Assembly: GCA_000320545.1 (NCBI GenBank)
Contig: ADNK01000269.1
Span: 1 to 58,474 of the forward strand
Length of the DNA stretch: 58,474 bases
Direction: 5' to 3'
Source of the DNA: Bigelowiella natans CCMP2755
Lineage: Eukaryota > Protista > Cercozoa
Shown here: one piece after another, positions 1 through 12,000 of the stretch
Layout of the letters: the number at the start of each line of letters is the position of its first letter
Numbering within the stretch: the stretch's first letter is position 1
Position numbers and translations under genes: made by a program
The notes under the pieces: generated by a model
Told to the model about the DNA's origin: nothing
The model's input: the letters and a program-made list of their open reading frames with translations, nothing else
Database searches by the model: none

Positions 1-565
1 GGCGCATTTTTTTCACACCAGGACAGCTGCATCTGTGTTTCGCATCGCAGACTCAGCTCACATCAAGTTCCCTCATCGATGTTCCCATCGCAAGAGAACA
101 ATGATTGACAACTCATCAATGTCTAGACGTTCCCATCGTGAGGACGACCATGCCAGCTGCAGCCAGCTAGCCAGCTAGCCAGTACGACTGACACGCTGGC
201 ACGTGAAAAGACTTGAACCTTTTGAATGAGGCCACAAACACCACTTGACAAACACAAGCTGTCGCTGTTTCCTTTGCGGAAGCGTGCTGGCATGGGAGTC
301 TGACACCACCCGAACTGAACTAGCAAACACTTGCTAGCTTGAAGTGCAAAATTGGATTTGGGATTTGCTCCCAAATCCGATGCAACACTGGAACAGCTGG
401 AATCAACACGCATCACTGATCAGCAACGAACAAACTCAGACGTTGCCACTTGAACTGCCAGACTGACTGACAGGGTGCGATGCATCACTGGAGTTGACAA
501 CGTGCCTTGACTTCTCACATTCACAGGGTCTGTTTTCAGAGTGCAAAACACGTTGCACCAGTTGC
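1..565. other. TpA-depleted block (decayed sequence flanking retrotransposon copy 1)
   Basis: Only 6 TA dinucleotides in 565 bp by manual count: 5 in CTAG and 1 in GTAC. About 35 are expected at ~50% GC. Confidence 0.85.
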
Positions 566-890
566 TGTTGCGCGTAAGGTGTTCACAGGCCGAGGCGCTA
601 CGTGCACAAGTAGGCAGGGGGGGGGAAGGCACGTTTGCTTCCTTTTGAAGAGTTATGTTCATTTTTATTAAAGATTATATTTTTATTAAATCGTGCACTG
701 CGTAATCATTCGCGAAGCTTTCGCGAATGCCGCCGCACGTGGGGCAGCACACTTCCGGTGTGCTGCCATGAGTCCCGCCGGAACCCACGTGCCTATACTG
801 TATTAATATCTACGTTATCTATATTCTATATCCGCGACAACCCCTTTGTTGTCGCACGTGACTTGTGCTCGCGTAGTAGTACGCACTACA
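566..890 (-). repeat. 3' LTR of copy 1
   Basis: Direct repeat of 5955-6286. Termini are TGTAG...CAACA on the minus strand, preceded by the PPT. Confidence 0.95.
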
Positions 891-898
891 CCTCCCCC
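891..898 (-). other. polypurine tract of copy 1
   Basis: GGGGGAGG abuts the TG of the 3' LTR on the minus strand, with a further (GGAA)n purine run just upstream. Confidence 0.8.
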
Positions 899-941
899 AA
901 GTCACGTTGCTCCTTCCTTCCTTCCTTATTCCCTTAGACCT

Positions 942-3900
942 TTATCGCTTTCGGAACTTCACCAACCACCAGGTAATAGATTCCTCTCTAACCTTATCTC
1001 CTTTGTCGCTTACCCAGAACTCACCTTCGTCCTTAGGTTCGTGTCCATACCAGCCCTCTGCATCAAGGTCCCCCAGGACCTTATACCAGTGCTCAAAGGG
1101 TAAGTCGGGAACAGCTAGGTAGAGTAGCTGATATTTTCCGTCCTTTATTTTCATAGCTACCCTCTCCATATTTCGTAATCCAGGGTAGCCTAGATAGACA
1201 ATCTTCATGCGCCAATCGTCGTTCACCCTGACCTTATTGTTTCCATATTCCACATCGAACTTAGGTCGGGGTCCTAAACAAGGCATGGCTCGCTCCCACA
1301 CAGTAGGGTTTACTTTAACATCCTCTAGGAGCTTCTCACCGATATCATAATTCTTTAGGTGACTGATGTGGCGCAAGGTGACCCTGTTCCCATCATAGAT
1401 GTAGTACTGCTTCCTCCCCTTCCTCTCGGTAACCTTTGCAACGCCACCCCAGAAGGGGTCTTGTTTATTTCTCGATCTCAGATTTACCTTGGCCCTAACA
1501 TACTGTCCTTCCTTTAGAACTCGGCCATCGTACGGGACCTTCTCGTCTTCGCTCTCGGTATCGTCGTCGTTGTCGTCGCCTTCTTCCCTCTCCTTATCCT
1601 TGATACCTCCCCCAGACGTGAAGGTGTCGTTTACTAACCCTTGTATCTTGTCTGGTGTGGTGCTATTTATCCTGCTTAGGTTGGCCAAGGTGCGGTGGAG
1701 TCGCTCTACCTTGGAGTTGGACTGGGCATAGTATACAGGTGAGGCATCAATATTAGGGTGTGGTAGCTGTAGAAGAGAGGTCTCATTATCCACATGTAAT
1801 TTCTTTGGTATCTTGTTTATGCTAACTTCATCAGGGATAGCCTGGAGCTCAGACTCCCAGGTACGGTAGCAGTTAGTAAGCCTCTGCTTATATAAGCCTT
1901 TGTTCTTCTTAGCAACGTTGACCTTGATAATCTTTTTAACCCAGCACTTTCCAGTGGCCACATCAACGAAGGTAAGGTAGTGATAGCCATCGTACTTATA
2001 AACATCAATTTGCACGATATCTAAGAAGTTCCTTGCTTTGATTTTCTTAGATGCACGGCTCTTGCTGGACTCCTTGGTGGCGACACCTGCCGCTTCAAGC
2101 TGGAGCACCTGCAGCCACGCAGGTATGTCCTTATCTCTTTTAGCTTGTAGGGCCAGTAGTAATGGTAGAGTAGAGCAGTGATATGGTTTTCTCCTACGTG
2201 TGCAGGTCCATGGGCGGTAAAGAGAAGGGCTCCCCTGGTCCGCCGTGGCACGTAGGTACGCCTAACATTATTAGTGTATACATATATCCTATCACTAAGT
2301 ACCTCATGCTTGTGTTTGTATTTATCCAGGTGTTCTTGAAGGTGCTGGAGCTCCTCTGGCTCAGGCAGGAAGTCGCCGTCCTCGAAGGTAATCGCGTTAA
2401 CCATAGGGGTGACCTGGGTAGGGACTTTCTTTTCGAACAGCCTGCTGAAATAGTCAGCAAGCTGCTTGTCTCCTGGTGCGTAGACCACTGTCCTCTTGTC
2501 CCTAAACTCTTCCGTGTCCGCCCTCATAGCTGCATACTCATCGTTAGGCGCTTCGAGCTTGCGGTCGATGCCTAGGAGGGGCTTGTGGTCAGTCATTAAG
2601 GTGAAGCTGGGCACCGACAGCAGGTAGTATCTTAGTTTCCTCTGCGCCTCAGTCATGGCTTTATACTCTCCTTTTGTAGGGCTGTATTTGGCCTCAGCTG
2701 CTGTACAGGCCCTGCCCCACACCCGTATGATCTGCTGGTCTTGGGTAAGTACAGCAGCCATACCTAGCTTAGACCAGTCTGTCCATAGGGTAGCTGGTCT
2801 AGTAGTGTCTAGCTTAGCATTCAATAGGGTGTTGCTGCATAACTTTATTAGGTTATCGAAGTGGGCATCAAGGCCAGCCTTGGCCCACACCTTAGCGAAG
2901 CTGAGGCCTACAGAGTTCTCCTTCCGGTAAGCAGTAGTAAAAGCAGCTGCAGTCCTAGCGTAGGTAGGGGAGAACCTACGTAGTATCCAAGCTGCAGTCT
3001 GCAAGAATGACTTTAACTCCTTTGCATTCTTAGGTTTAGGGGCTTGCTGTAGTGCTGCTACTTTCTCGGGGTTTGGGGTGATGCGGCCTTGCTCCAGGTA
3101 ATATCCACACCACTTGATTCTTGTAGCTAGGAATGTACACTTCTGCAGTCTAATGGTAAAACCGAAGTGTGCAAACCTAATAAATATATTTTCCAGGAGG
3201 AAGATCTGAGCGACGACTGTGTTGGTACATATTATGTCATCATCCACATACACAAACACAAACACCCACAACACAGACGCCATCCCATCATGTGTGTATG
3301 CCCTGTAGTTCTGACTACTGAACGCATCCCCTGATGTGCTTAGGCCGTAAGGGAATACGACGAAGTGCCACTTCCTGTGCCTGCTGGAGAACGCGGTAAT
3401 GGGGCGGGAGGTTTTGTGGATGGGTGTCTGCATGTGTGATTCATTTTTATCTAGGGAAGAGTAGTATTTGTATCCTATGACGTGTTCAATGACGTCATCT
3501 ATCCTTGGTGTAGGTGTCTGGATCCTCTTTATTACTCGGTTGTGGCGGATGAAGTTGTGCGCCAGGCGGAAGAAAGGGTAAGTAGGTTTCTTAGCTAGCA
3601 CATGTCTCACGTTCCATGGTGAGTTGCTTGGCTCCATCTTCCCTTCCTTTGCCCATTCATTGATCTGCCACTCTATCTTTTCCCAGTCCGCTTCCGGTCG
3701 CCTATGTTCTGGGTCATTGATGATGCACTCTTCGTATCCCTCCTTTAGCTCGATCTTTACTGGGGTAAGTTTGCTGGAGGGCTTCGTCGTCGGCTTGGTA
3801 ATGTCAGAGTACTTCTCGTTTAATATTTTATTAATGTACTTTTTGCCTTTGTCGATATCCCAATCATCAGCTGGGGGGGTCTTGTCCAGTAGCTCCGTTA

Positions 3901-5915
3901 TCTGTCGGATGGTCTTGCCGGGGTTCTTCTTCCGTAGCTCGGTAGGTGTAGGTAGCTTGTTGTCCGCTAGGTCCATAAACTCTAACGCATTAACGCTTGA
4001 CTCAGAGGTCCACTCGTCAAGCCGTATCATGTTCTGGCTGATGGTCCTGCCTGACTTCTTTGGTAACTTAGCATAGTATATCTTGTGATTGTAGAATGAT
4101 ATGATCCCCCCTAATTTTTCTAGGGCATCCTGTCCGAGGAGTAGTTCCATGGATAAAGTCATGGCTACTCGGGTCTTGATTTGGGTCTCCGCGTCGCTGC
4201 CAGGTATCTGTAGCTTTAGCATTAGCTCACCGACGGTCTTCATAGAAGAGCTTCCGTCTGCTTGAGCATATTTACGTTCTTTCTTAGTCACTTGATCCAA
4301 TAGTCCTAACCTTCTTACTGTGCTTAGGCTTATGAAGGACTTCGGCATGCTGCCACTATCCCAAAGGGCAGGTAGTTTCTTGTAGTCTCCGTAGCTGTCT
4401 TTAACTTTAACCTTGGTCATAGCAACTTTGATAGTCCTGTTAGCGTCTTCGTCATTAATGTTGCATACTCCTAAGTTCTTTATGTCGTCTAGGGTCATGG
4501 GCTTGTCTTGGTCCTGCGTTGCTGGTACTGCTGTCTTCGTCGGCGCCTGCTTAAGGTGATCTAATATTCCGTTTATCTGCTGCTGTATAGCATTGATACT
4601 GTTCTGCTTCTTGTTCTTATATTTATTGTTCTTCCCGTTGTTGCTGCCTTGCCATTTGCTGTTGTTATATCCTTGTCCTCTGCCTTTCTTTCTCTTTAAC
4701 TTCTCGTAGTGTTCGTTGAGCTGCCTGATCGTCATCCTGGGTCGTCCTTCTTTCCTGTCTCTGCAGTCTTTAGCGGTGTGTTTCCCTTTACGTGAGCAGT
4801 ATCCGCAACGTCGGTTACCTTCCCTGTCCTTGTACCAGTCTCGCTGCGGCTTAATAGCGTTAATGTTTCCTATGCCAGGTACCTTAGGGCTGGTAAACTT
4901 GCGGTCCTGCTCCTGCTCGCGTAGGGATATAGCCCGCACTGCTGCCTCCATCGTGGTGTAGCCTTTCTCCGTAACGTAAGTGGATTCCTTTATCTTTAAC
5001 TTGAACTCTTCAAACCTTGCCTGATCATCACCTGTGTTGTAATTAAAATCATGTAGTTCGTCGATCATATCCTGGAAGCGCGTGGCAAAGTCTCTAACAG
5101 GTTCTCTCTCATGCTGCATCATTGCTCTGTATTTTCTAATAGCCTGGGGTAGGGAGTTAGCATCCTGTTCATTTACTAAAAGCCTTCATTATCGCCTCAA
5201 CGTCTCGTAGCCCACTAACTGTAGTGTGTATTTTCTCCAGCTGCCTGATCCGGGTCCTGCCTGTCTCGTAAAGGTCCATGGCTTGCTTTATTATAGCTAG
5301 CCATTTGAGCTTGTCGTTTTCGGTGGGGTTAGGGGTAAAGTCGCAGAGTATACTCCTAGCGTTCTTCCACCACCTCCTTGCCTCACCTCTTTTCCCGTTG
5401 TATTTCGTTGTCATAACCGGTGCTGTTTTAACAGACATGAACTGGGTGTTCCGCTGTACCGGCTGCTGCTGCTTGACGGTGCTCTGGGTCGTCCCCCGCG
5501 AGGCGCCCAGACCCCCGTCGTTCCTAAACAAAGCTGCCCACTCTGGAGGTAAGTCTGCTTCGTAATCCATGATGTCCTGCATGATAGCTGCCCAAACATC
5601 ATGTGTCTGATACTTGTATTCTATCGATACTTTCAGTTTGGCGTAGTTGCTCGCCCTGGGTCGCAAGGCTCGTAATGCCATTACGACCTTCTTGCTTTCG
5701 GCGGCCACGTCCTCGTCGTCCGCCTCGTAGAAGTTCTCCAGTGCCTCTGCTGCTGCATCTGCTTTCTTAATCCCGGGTGCTGGTCCCGGCGGTGCCTGTG
5801 GAGGTGTTCCTCCTCCTTCCTTAGCGTCCGTATCGCCCTTCCTTTCCTGTTTCTGCTCGTGCCCTTGCACGGCCTGCGAGCCAAAGTCCTGCTGTTCTTC
5901 TAGCTGCTGTAACAT
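942..5915 (-). pseudogene. gag-pol polyprotein of copy 1, broken by two single-base indels
   Basis: ORFs 5169-5915, 2021-5122 and 942-2108 together reproduce the 1657-aa ORF of copy 2. Relative to copy 2 there is a +1 base near 5177 and a -1 base near 2094 (either could be a sequencing error). Confidence 0.85.
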
Positions 5916-5931
5916 TGTTAGTCAAATCGTT

Positions 5932-5949
5932 TCCCGTGTGTGGAAGCCA
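5932..5949 (-). other. primer binding site of copy 1
   Basis: TGGCTTCCACACACGGGA lies 5 nt inside the 5' LTR and is complementary to a tRNA 3' end (...GGAAG-CCA). Confidence 0.7.
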
Positions 5950-5954
5950 AAGGT

Positions 5955-6286
5955 TGTTGCGCGCAAGGTGTTCACAGGCCGAGGCGCTACGTGCACAAGT
6001 AGGCAGGGGGGGGGGAAGGCACGTTTGCTTCCTTTTGAAGAGTTATGTTCATTTTTTTTTTTTTTAAAGATCATATTTTTATCAAATCGTGCACTGCGTA
6101 ATCATTCGCGAAGCTTTCGCGAATGCCGCCGCACGTGGGGCAGCACACTTCCGGTGTGCTGCCATGAGTCCCGCCGGAACCCACGTGCCTATACTGTATT
6201 AATATCTACGTTATCTGTATTCTATATCCGCGACAACCCCTTTGTTGTCGCACGTGACTTGTGCTCGCGTAGTAGTACGCGCTACA
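5955..6286 (-). repeat. 5' LTR of copy 1
   Basis: Repeat of 566-890 with about 5 substitutions and an expanded poly-T run. Confidence 0.95.
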
Positions 6287-6575
6287 GGCACGAATGCAAG
6301 CGCGGGGATGGACTTGTAGTTTTTGTGCGATGCAATGTGACGCAATCTAGCGATGCACGTTCGTTAGCATGACACGTAAACCATTATGTGTGTAAAAACA
6401 GACCAAAGTATGTACTACACGCGCATTACATAGCAAGTATTGCCGTATGCATGTGTTTCCGACTATGTACAAAATACAAAATGCAACGCCTCAGACGGCA
6501 CACAGCGAGCTTCCCTTTATAGCTCCCTAGCTCACACAACGAAAGGGAATATATTCACCCTGTTCAATGTAATCC

Positions 6576-7121
6576 TCATCTCGACATTTTGATGTCTGGT
6601 TGCTTTGGCGGGGGGCCCTTTTGTTCCATCTGCTGCCGTTGTTGAGGTGGATAAGGAGGTGGTGGCCCCCCCCTTCCCCTTCCCATGTATGGGGGAGGCG
6701 CCATTGGCATCATAGGAGGAGGCATAAATGGCCCTCTTGGAGGCATAAACGGGGGTCTCATGAAAGGGGGAGGCATACGAGGAACTCCCGGAAGGCCCAT
6801 AGGAGGAGCCATGGAAGGAGCGCCAGTCGATGACGTCAAGAATTCGGAATAGTCTTGAATGTTGAGAAAGATACATAGTTAGAACGTGCATGGGCGAATG
6901 AACAACATTCGAATTTATCATTGTTGAAAGATGTGAATAAAATTTTTAACTTTTGAAGGAAATGATTCTCAGCAGTCAAAATAAAATTCTCGATTTTCTA
7001 GGTCATGCTTACATTGGCGAACATTCTCCTGGTGCCTTCTTCCATGCATATGCTGTTTTCGGCCCGCTTGAGAATCATGCGTTAGGTAGATGTCACAGTA
7101 ATCGCAATAGAATCGTCCCAT
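6576..7121 (-). CDS. SNRPC: U1 small nuclear ribonucleoprotein C (2 exons: 7121-7013, 6853-6576)
   Basis: Spliced translation [41 protein letters not shown] matches the U1-C matrin-type zinc finger and is followed by a Pro/Met/Gly-rich tail. The GT-AG intron keeps frame. Confidence 0.93.
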
Positions 7122-8066
7122 TTTTTAATGTGCCTGAGATGCGAAGCCTTCTGCGAGCTTTGTATCAGCAATGAAAGAATTCAGCTTTAGTTTCCAAATA
7201 GCTATTAAGGATTTAATCGTTATAAGGTATATGCGACATCGAATACATGTAATTTATTGTTAAAAGTAAGGACATTTCGGAACAGTATGGGTAATACTTA
7301 GGCATGCCGAGGAAGATTTATCACGTCCTAGATTTAATCACGGCAGTCGTAAATTAGTCCCGGTATTATAATTATTGTTATTACCCATGCAGTTCTGAAA
7401 ACTGGAATTCGAAAGAATGTATTGAAACTAAGAATCTCCAAACTCGCTGTTATCCATTCCTTTTAGAAGAGAGAAGGTACGTAGACTACGACTAGATCTA
7501 TTCGTTCTGATTTTGTTCTTCCAAAAAATGAACCTTCCCTTTCTTTCAGACGTTTCTGGGTTTCCCACGAAGTTTTTCGATGTTTTTCTCTTCGGTGCTA
7601 GAAAAAAATTGATAATTTTACTTAATTTTGTGAAATCGGGCTGGAAAGCGAAGGAATAATAGGCTATGATTTTATTTATTCGGTAAAAAATGTCAGACTT
7701 TCAACAGACACAAGAACAAGCCACTGTGTTGATCGAAATCTGACCTCAAACTCCCTGCGTTTATACGACAAAAAATGGACATATCGTGAAATTATTGAAA
7801 AGAACATAGTCCATTCCTTCGCAACACACTATCGGATTCTCCATTTTTAAGATAGATATTGTTCCAAAAACAAACAGATAATTGAAAAATGGGATACAAA
7901 AAGGCTATTGTTGCATTCATTTTATAATTTTATCTCATTTTCCCCCACATTTTGGCTGTGCTGTCAATAAGAATAAATCCGAAACAGGGTATCGTGGGAA
8001 CGGATTACTTTTTAACCGATTGCAATCGCACTGCAGTTGGTATTTTGTCCCCCCCCCCCCTCACCT

Positions 8067-9307
8067 ATGAAACGTAATCTGCATCATCATCGTTTATCGT
8101 ATGGTGATGATGACAAAGAGAACTCGTTAGCTGCGGGGAACAAGAAGGTGGTTTTCACTCGCAAAAAATCAAAAATCCCACAAAGTAGTCCTCCGCCATT
8201 GGAGGATCCAGATCTTGCTTCAAAGTTTGAATGCCCAATCTGCCTACATTGCTACGACCACGTAATTTACGTATGTTCCAATGGACATTCGGTGTGCAAA
8301 ACATGCTATGAGAAGATTGAGCCGAAAAGGTGCCCGTCATGCCGAGTTCCTCTCACCGGAGCAAGGAACCAAGCTCTCGAGGCAGTAGCCAGTCACACAA
8401 TTCTCCCATGCCGTCATAAGGAATACGGATGCGACTTTAAGGTAGAATTTTAGTTACCCATTCGTCTCAGATGAAAGTGATGTATTGGTCTTTGAAGGGC
8501 AGAGGCCTTGCGCGGGCTAATCATAGGAATAGCTGCGTTTTTCGGCCGATAAGATGTCTCTTCCACAGGTATTCTATAATTACGGCAAAGCGATCCCATT
8601 TTTACTCTGAGAAATTTTTCATACAGATGCTATCCACAGTGTAAATGGCACGGTCCTCCGAGTGCTCTCCTAAAACATCTAAATACCCATTGCATGGTGC
8701 GGAAGATCAAACAGGTACGGAAAACAAGCTGATCTAATACTTTCTACTCCATGGCTCAAGTAGATATTTTTGTCCAAAGGATCAGCCATGTGATGTTTAC
8801 TGGAGCTACGAGACAAAGGAAAGATGTTGGCAGCGGGGCAAGGATGCAACCTTTTTTTCCCATGATTACAATCGATTTTACTACATGAGCATCAGTAGAC
8901 GGGGGGAACACTATCATCTGGCTTCGGTATGGCTTCCTACCACAGTAAAGGCCGCGGAGTCGCCAACCCTACAAATGGAAGTCAGTATCCCTCTCGAGGA
9001 TGACGAGTTTGTCACTTACACTCTGAAACCTCCTCGACTGGATCCGAGCTTGATGATGGATGGTAATGTGAAGCGGCTCATCGACCAGGGGAAAAGTTTC
9101 ATCATTCCCATCAAAAAGTGGAGGTACCCGCATCCCATTTTCTCTGAAGCATGGCTGCTATATCTCGACTATGGATAATGTGTGATGTATGTGACTTTCC
9201 ACCCTCACAAAATCTTGACTGATTGACTCATGTGCAGGAGTCAATGGATAGAAGACCGTAATAAGTACTACTTCAAAATATCCGCCCGATGGAAGCAATG
9301 TTCATGA
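8067..9307 (+). CDS. SINA/SIAH-like RING E3 ubiquitin ligase (multi-exon)
   Basis: FECPICLHCYDHVIYVCSNGHSVCKTC...CPSCR...RNQALEAVA...LPCRHKEYGC is a SINA-type RING plus zinc finger. Further GT-AG exons run to a TGA at 9305-9307. Confidence 0.8.
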
Positions 9308-9540
9308 TAAAGCTAAAAACCTCACTTTAGAAAGGGGAAAATAAGTATAACCTTCCTAGCAACCATTTATACTGCTTAGTTTTAAGTGAATCTTCAGGAT
9401 TAAAATTGAAGCAGCTCGAGTTGTCTGTAGAACGCGAATGAGCCTGAGGTTTAGGTACCCAAGGCCAAACCCGCTAGTTTTACATTGATTACTAAGTTTA
9501 ACATCCTTTATTTCACTTTTCATCGTGGAAATAACGATGG

Positions 9541-10500
9541 GTGGTGATGTACATCTAGAACTTCACAATGTGCGTTCATTTAGACATTAACACGAACGTG
9601 CAGATGCTCAATCTACATTGAGGCCAGACGCAGTTCTGTAGAGACTGTGTCGAAGCGATTGATCTACACGCATAGCCTAGGTGCACAAGCAACACACAAA
9701 AATACCATTATGAGAGGCAGTACCATCGTTCACATGCGATCCAGACAGAGCCCATTGAGATTGCTACACATGCGACGATGTATAGAGCATGTGTGTTCGC
9801 ACCGCACTAGCGCAGCATGAATAGACAAGCTTAAGTCTAGCTAGAAGTAGCAGTTGGCTTCGTCAATTGCAGCATCACTAGCTAGATCACACGAGCATCC
9901 CTAGATCCGGGCTCGCACGACAGCCCACGCCTCACTCAATAATGCGCTAGTATACTAGATCGAATGATCCGCGTGCGAGTGGATCATTGCGATTATAAGC
10001 TAGCGATAGGTGAGCGCGAGCAGCATGCAGGTGCATGATCGATATATAGAATGCATGCGCAAGCTAGATCTATAGAGATCTAGAAATATCCACGGTATAC
10101 ATGCTAGCACATCTAGATATCTACTAGCTACTACTAGATATATCTAGATATGTGTCATTGACAAAATTTGTTGATATTGATGCAGTTTCGCCCGCGGCTC
10201 ATGATCAATAAGCGCGCGCATTTCTAGATGTTTCTGTGTTTTCTGGTCAGTTTTAGTTTCTTTGCAAGCTAGCAAGCGCATGCGCGTGCGACATGGTAGC
10301 TAGCTAGCTATATATTAGCTCTCTAGCTCTAGAGCTAGTATGTGCGCATGTGCCATGTGCATGGTATCGATGTAGTCATGATATTCAGCTTGAACTCATT
10401 TGTGAATTCCCAACGCAGGCTCGTAACATGCTAGCATGCTAGCATGGCTAGATGGCGTAGCATGCAAACATCGTCTAGCACATATAGAACTAGAGAAGAC
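9541..10500. other. CTAG-rich, purine/pyrimidine-alternating convergent intergenic spacer
   Basis: About 30 CTAG in 960 bp by manual count (about 4 expected), with many CATG/TGCA/GCGC. Lies between the 3' ends of two genes. Confidence 0.8.
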
Positions 10501-10505
10501 TTTCA

Positions 10506-11813
10506 TCAATCAATTAAAACCACTGGCTTTTTCTGGAAAAGTAGATGTACTTTCGCCCTTCGAAGTATTTCTGAAGGATTAAACCTCTTCTTGTACAATT
10601 CAAAACGCTTGTCGAGGAGGGCTTGACGCTCAGGCACAGAGAGGTTATACAGCTTCTCGAATGCTTTTCCAACATCGTGCATCTCGACAAAATCTACGAT
10701 CCCTTCATAAAGAGCTTCATCCTTCCAGTGGCTTCTCTCAGAAATAATAAACACTTTTGTACTCATAAGTTGCGACATTCGCGGTTCCAGCGATCTAGTT
10801 GCATTGCCTGGCGGTCTTGGATAGGTACAGAACTTATGGAAATTTAGAAACACTCCTTGCGCAGCAGGATCGTTAACGAAGCCTTGGAAAGCTCTATCGT
10901 CCCAAATATTATAGATGTTTGCAATATTAGCTTTGGCAAGAGGATGTTCTAGCACTTTCTCCCAACATTTTGCGCGATCAAATGCAAGGCTGCCGAAGAA
11001 TATTAGCTTGAAATTTGGGTTTGCTGAAGTAAAGTCCGGATGGCGAGGCCAATTCTGTAAGTAGCCAGCAGGTACGTATCGTACATCGGGGAGCGTCGCG
11101 CTACATTTCTTTATCTCCCCAATATTTCCCCAACCATAATCCCATATCTCATCAAAATATCTTTTGTTCCAATCTGGCAATTTGTCGCACATGCTTGCCT
11201 GATTGGCCTTGCCGTGAGTGTCGTGCCACGATCTATAGTTCATATACTCGGTTTGATACAGAACTGTTCTGATCCCTTTTTGCTTCAACGCCAACATTAG
11301 CGGATGCTGAAAGATGCAACTTCCCACCCAAACACCTAAATCTCCCGGTTTAGCCTCAGGCGGCACTACATAGTTAGTGTACATGAAAACTGCGCGAACA
11401 CCGAGTCCTTGAACACCTTCTATAATGGACTGCTGGAGCATCTTATACATAAACTTTAGAGCGTGATCTCTACGTTCTCCCTGCCAAACCCATACTGTAC
11501 GTGACTTATCTAGTGCGAAAGCCTCAGTTGGTAAGGGGGTTGGGGGAAAGGTAGGTACAGGTGTCGGGTCCTTTTTTAATTTACTGCTTACTACGCTACG
11601 TTCTTTTTCTGCGTCACCATCTGCAACGCCACCGAGAGCAGGAATAGATTCAATTCCATCTGCAATACCCTCCCGTTTCGCGACGGACCCGGAGTAATCT
11701 GGGCCATCTCTTTCCCAGGTGAAGTTGTTGTCCACCAAGAGGTCAACGAGGACGAGCGAGATAAGCAGAAGTGGCAAGCCACCTCTTTCTGTAAAAATAT
11801 CTCCTAACGCCAT
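10506..11813 (-). CDS. intronless type II membrane glycosyltransferase-like protein
   Basis: Long uninterrupted ORF with an N-terminal hydrophobic anchor (LPLLLISLVLVDLLV) and a Pro/Thr stem. The C-terminal LIFFGSL...VFLNFHK...LEPRMSQLMSTKVFIISE resembles GT-B nucleotide-sugar binding domains. Confidence 0.65.
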   Translation of the reverse strand: MALGDIFTERGGLPLLLISLVLVDLLVDNNFTWERDGPDYSGSVAKREGIADGIESIPALGGVADGDAEKERSVVSSKLKKDPTPVPTFPPTPLPTEAFALDKSRTVWVWQGERRDHALKFMYKMLQQSIIEGVQGLGVRAVFMYTNYVVPPEAKPGDLGVWVGSCIFQHPLMLALKQKGIRTVLYQTEYMNYRSWHDTHGKANQASMCDKLPDWNKRYFDEIWDYGWGNIGEIKKCSATLPDVRYVPAGYLQNWPRHPDFTSANPNFKLIFFGSLAFDRAKCWEKVLEHPLAKANIANIYNIWDDRAFQGFVNDPAAQGVFLNFHKFCTYPRPPGNATRSLEPRMSQLMSTKVFIISERSHWKDEALYEGIVDFVEMHDVGKAFEKLYNLSVPERQALLDKRFELYKKRFNPSEILRRAKVHLLFQKKPVVLID

Positions 11814-12000
11814 AAGGAGCGTTTCTCTTCGGTACGCCCTCTTCTCTCTCTTCCCCTCTCTTCTATTTTCGTACCTCACCCAACTTGTATCTCTCTGATC
11901 AATCTGCAACTGCTGAGATCTGGGGGTGAACGAATGCAGAGATCATGCGACATACAGAAAATGCAGTCGGAAGACGTAAATTGCATGGGAATTACTACAT

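Larger units (their letters stand above)
566..6286 (-). mobile_element. Ty3/gypsy LTR retrotransposon, copy 1 (frameshifted, no target-site duplication)
   Basis: Two ~325-bp TG...CA LTRs, PBS and PPT, and gag-PR-RT-RH-IN order. About 99% identical to 34856-40571. Flanks TTGC (562-565) and GGCA (6287-6290) do not match. Confidence 0.97.

Noticed and set aside
5160-5190. Programmed gag/pol frameshift in copy 1
   Set aside because: Copy 2 reads through as one ORF. The shifts fall inside Gag and inside integrase, so they are lesions or sequencing errors.
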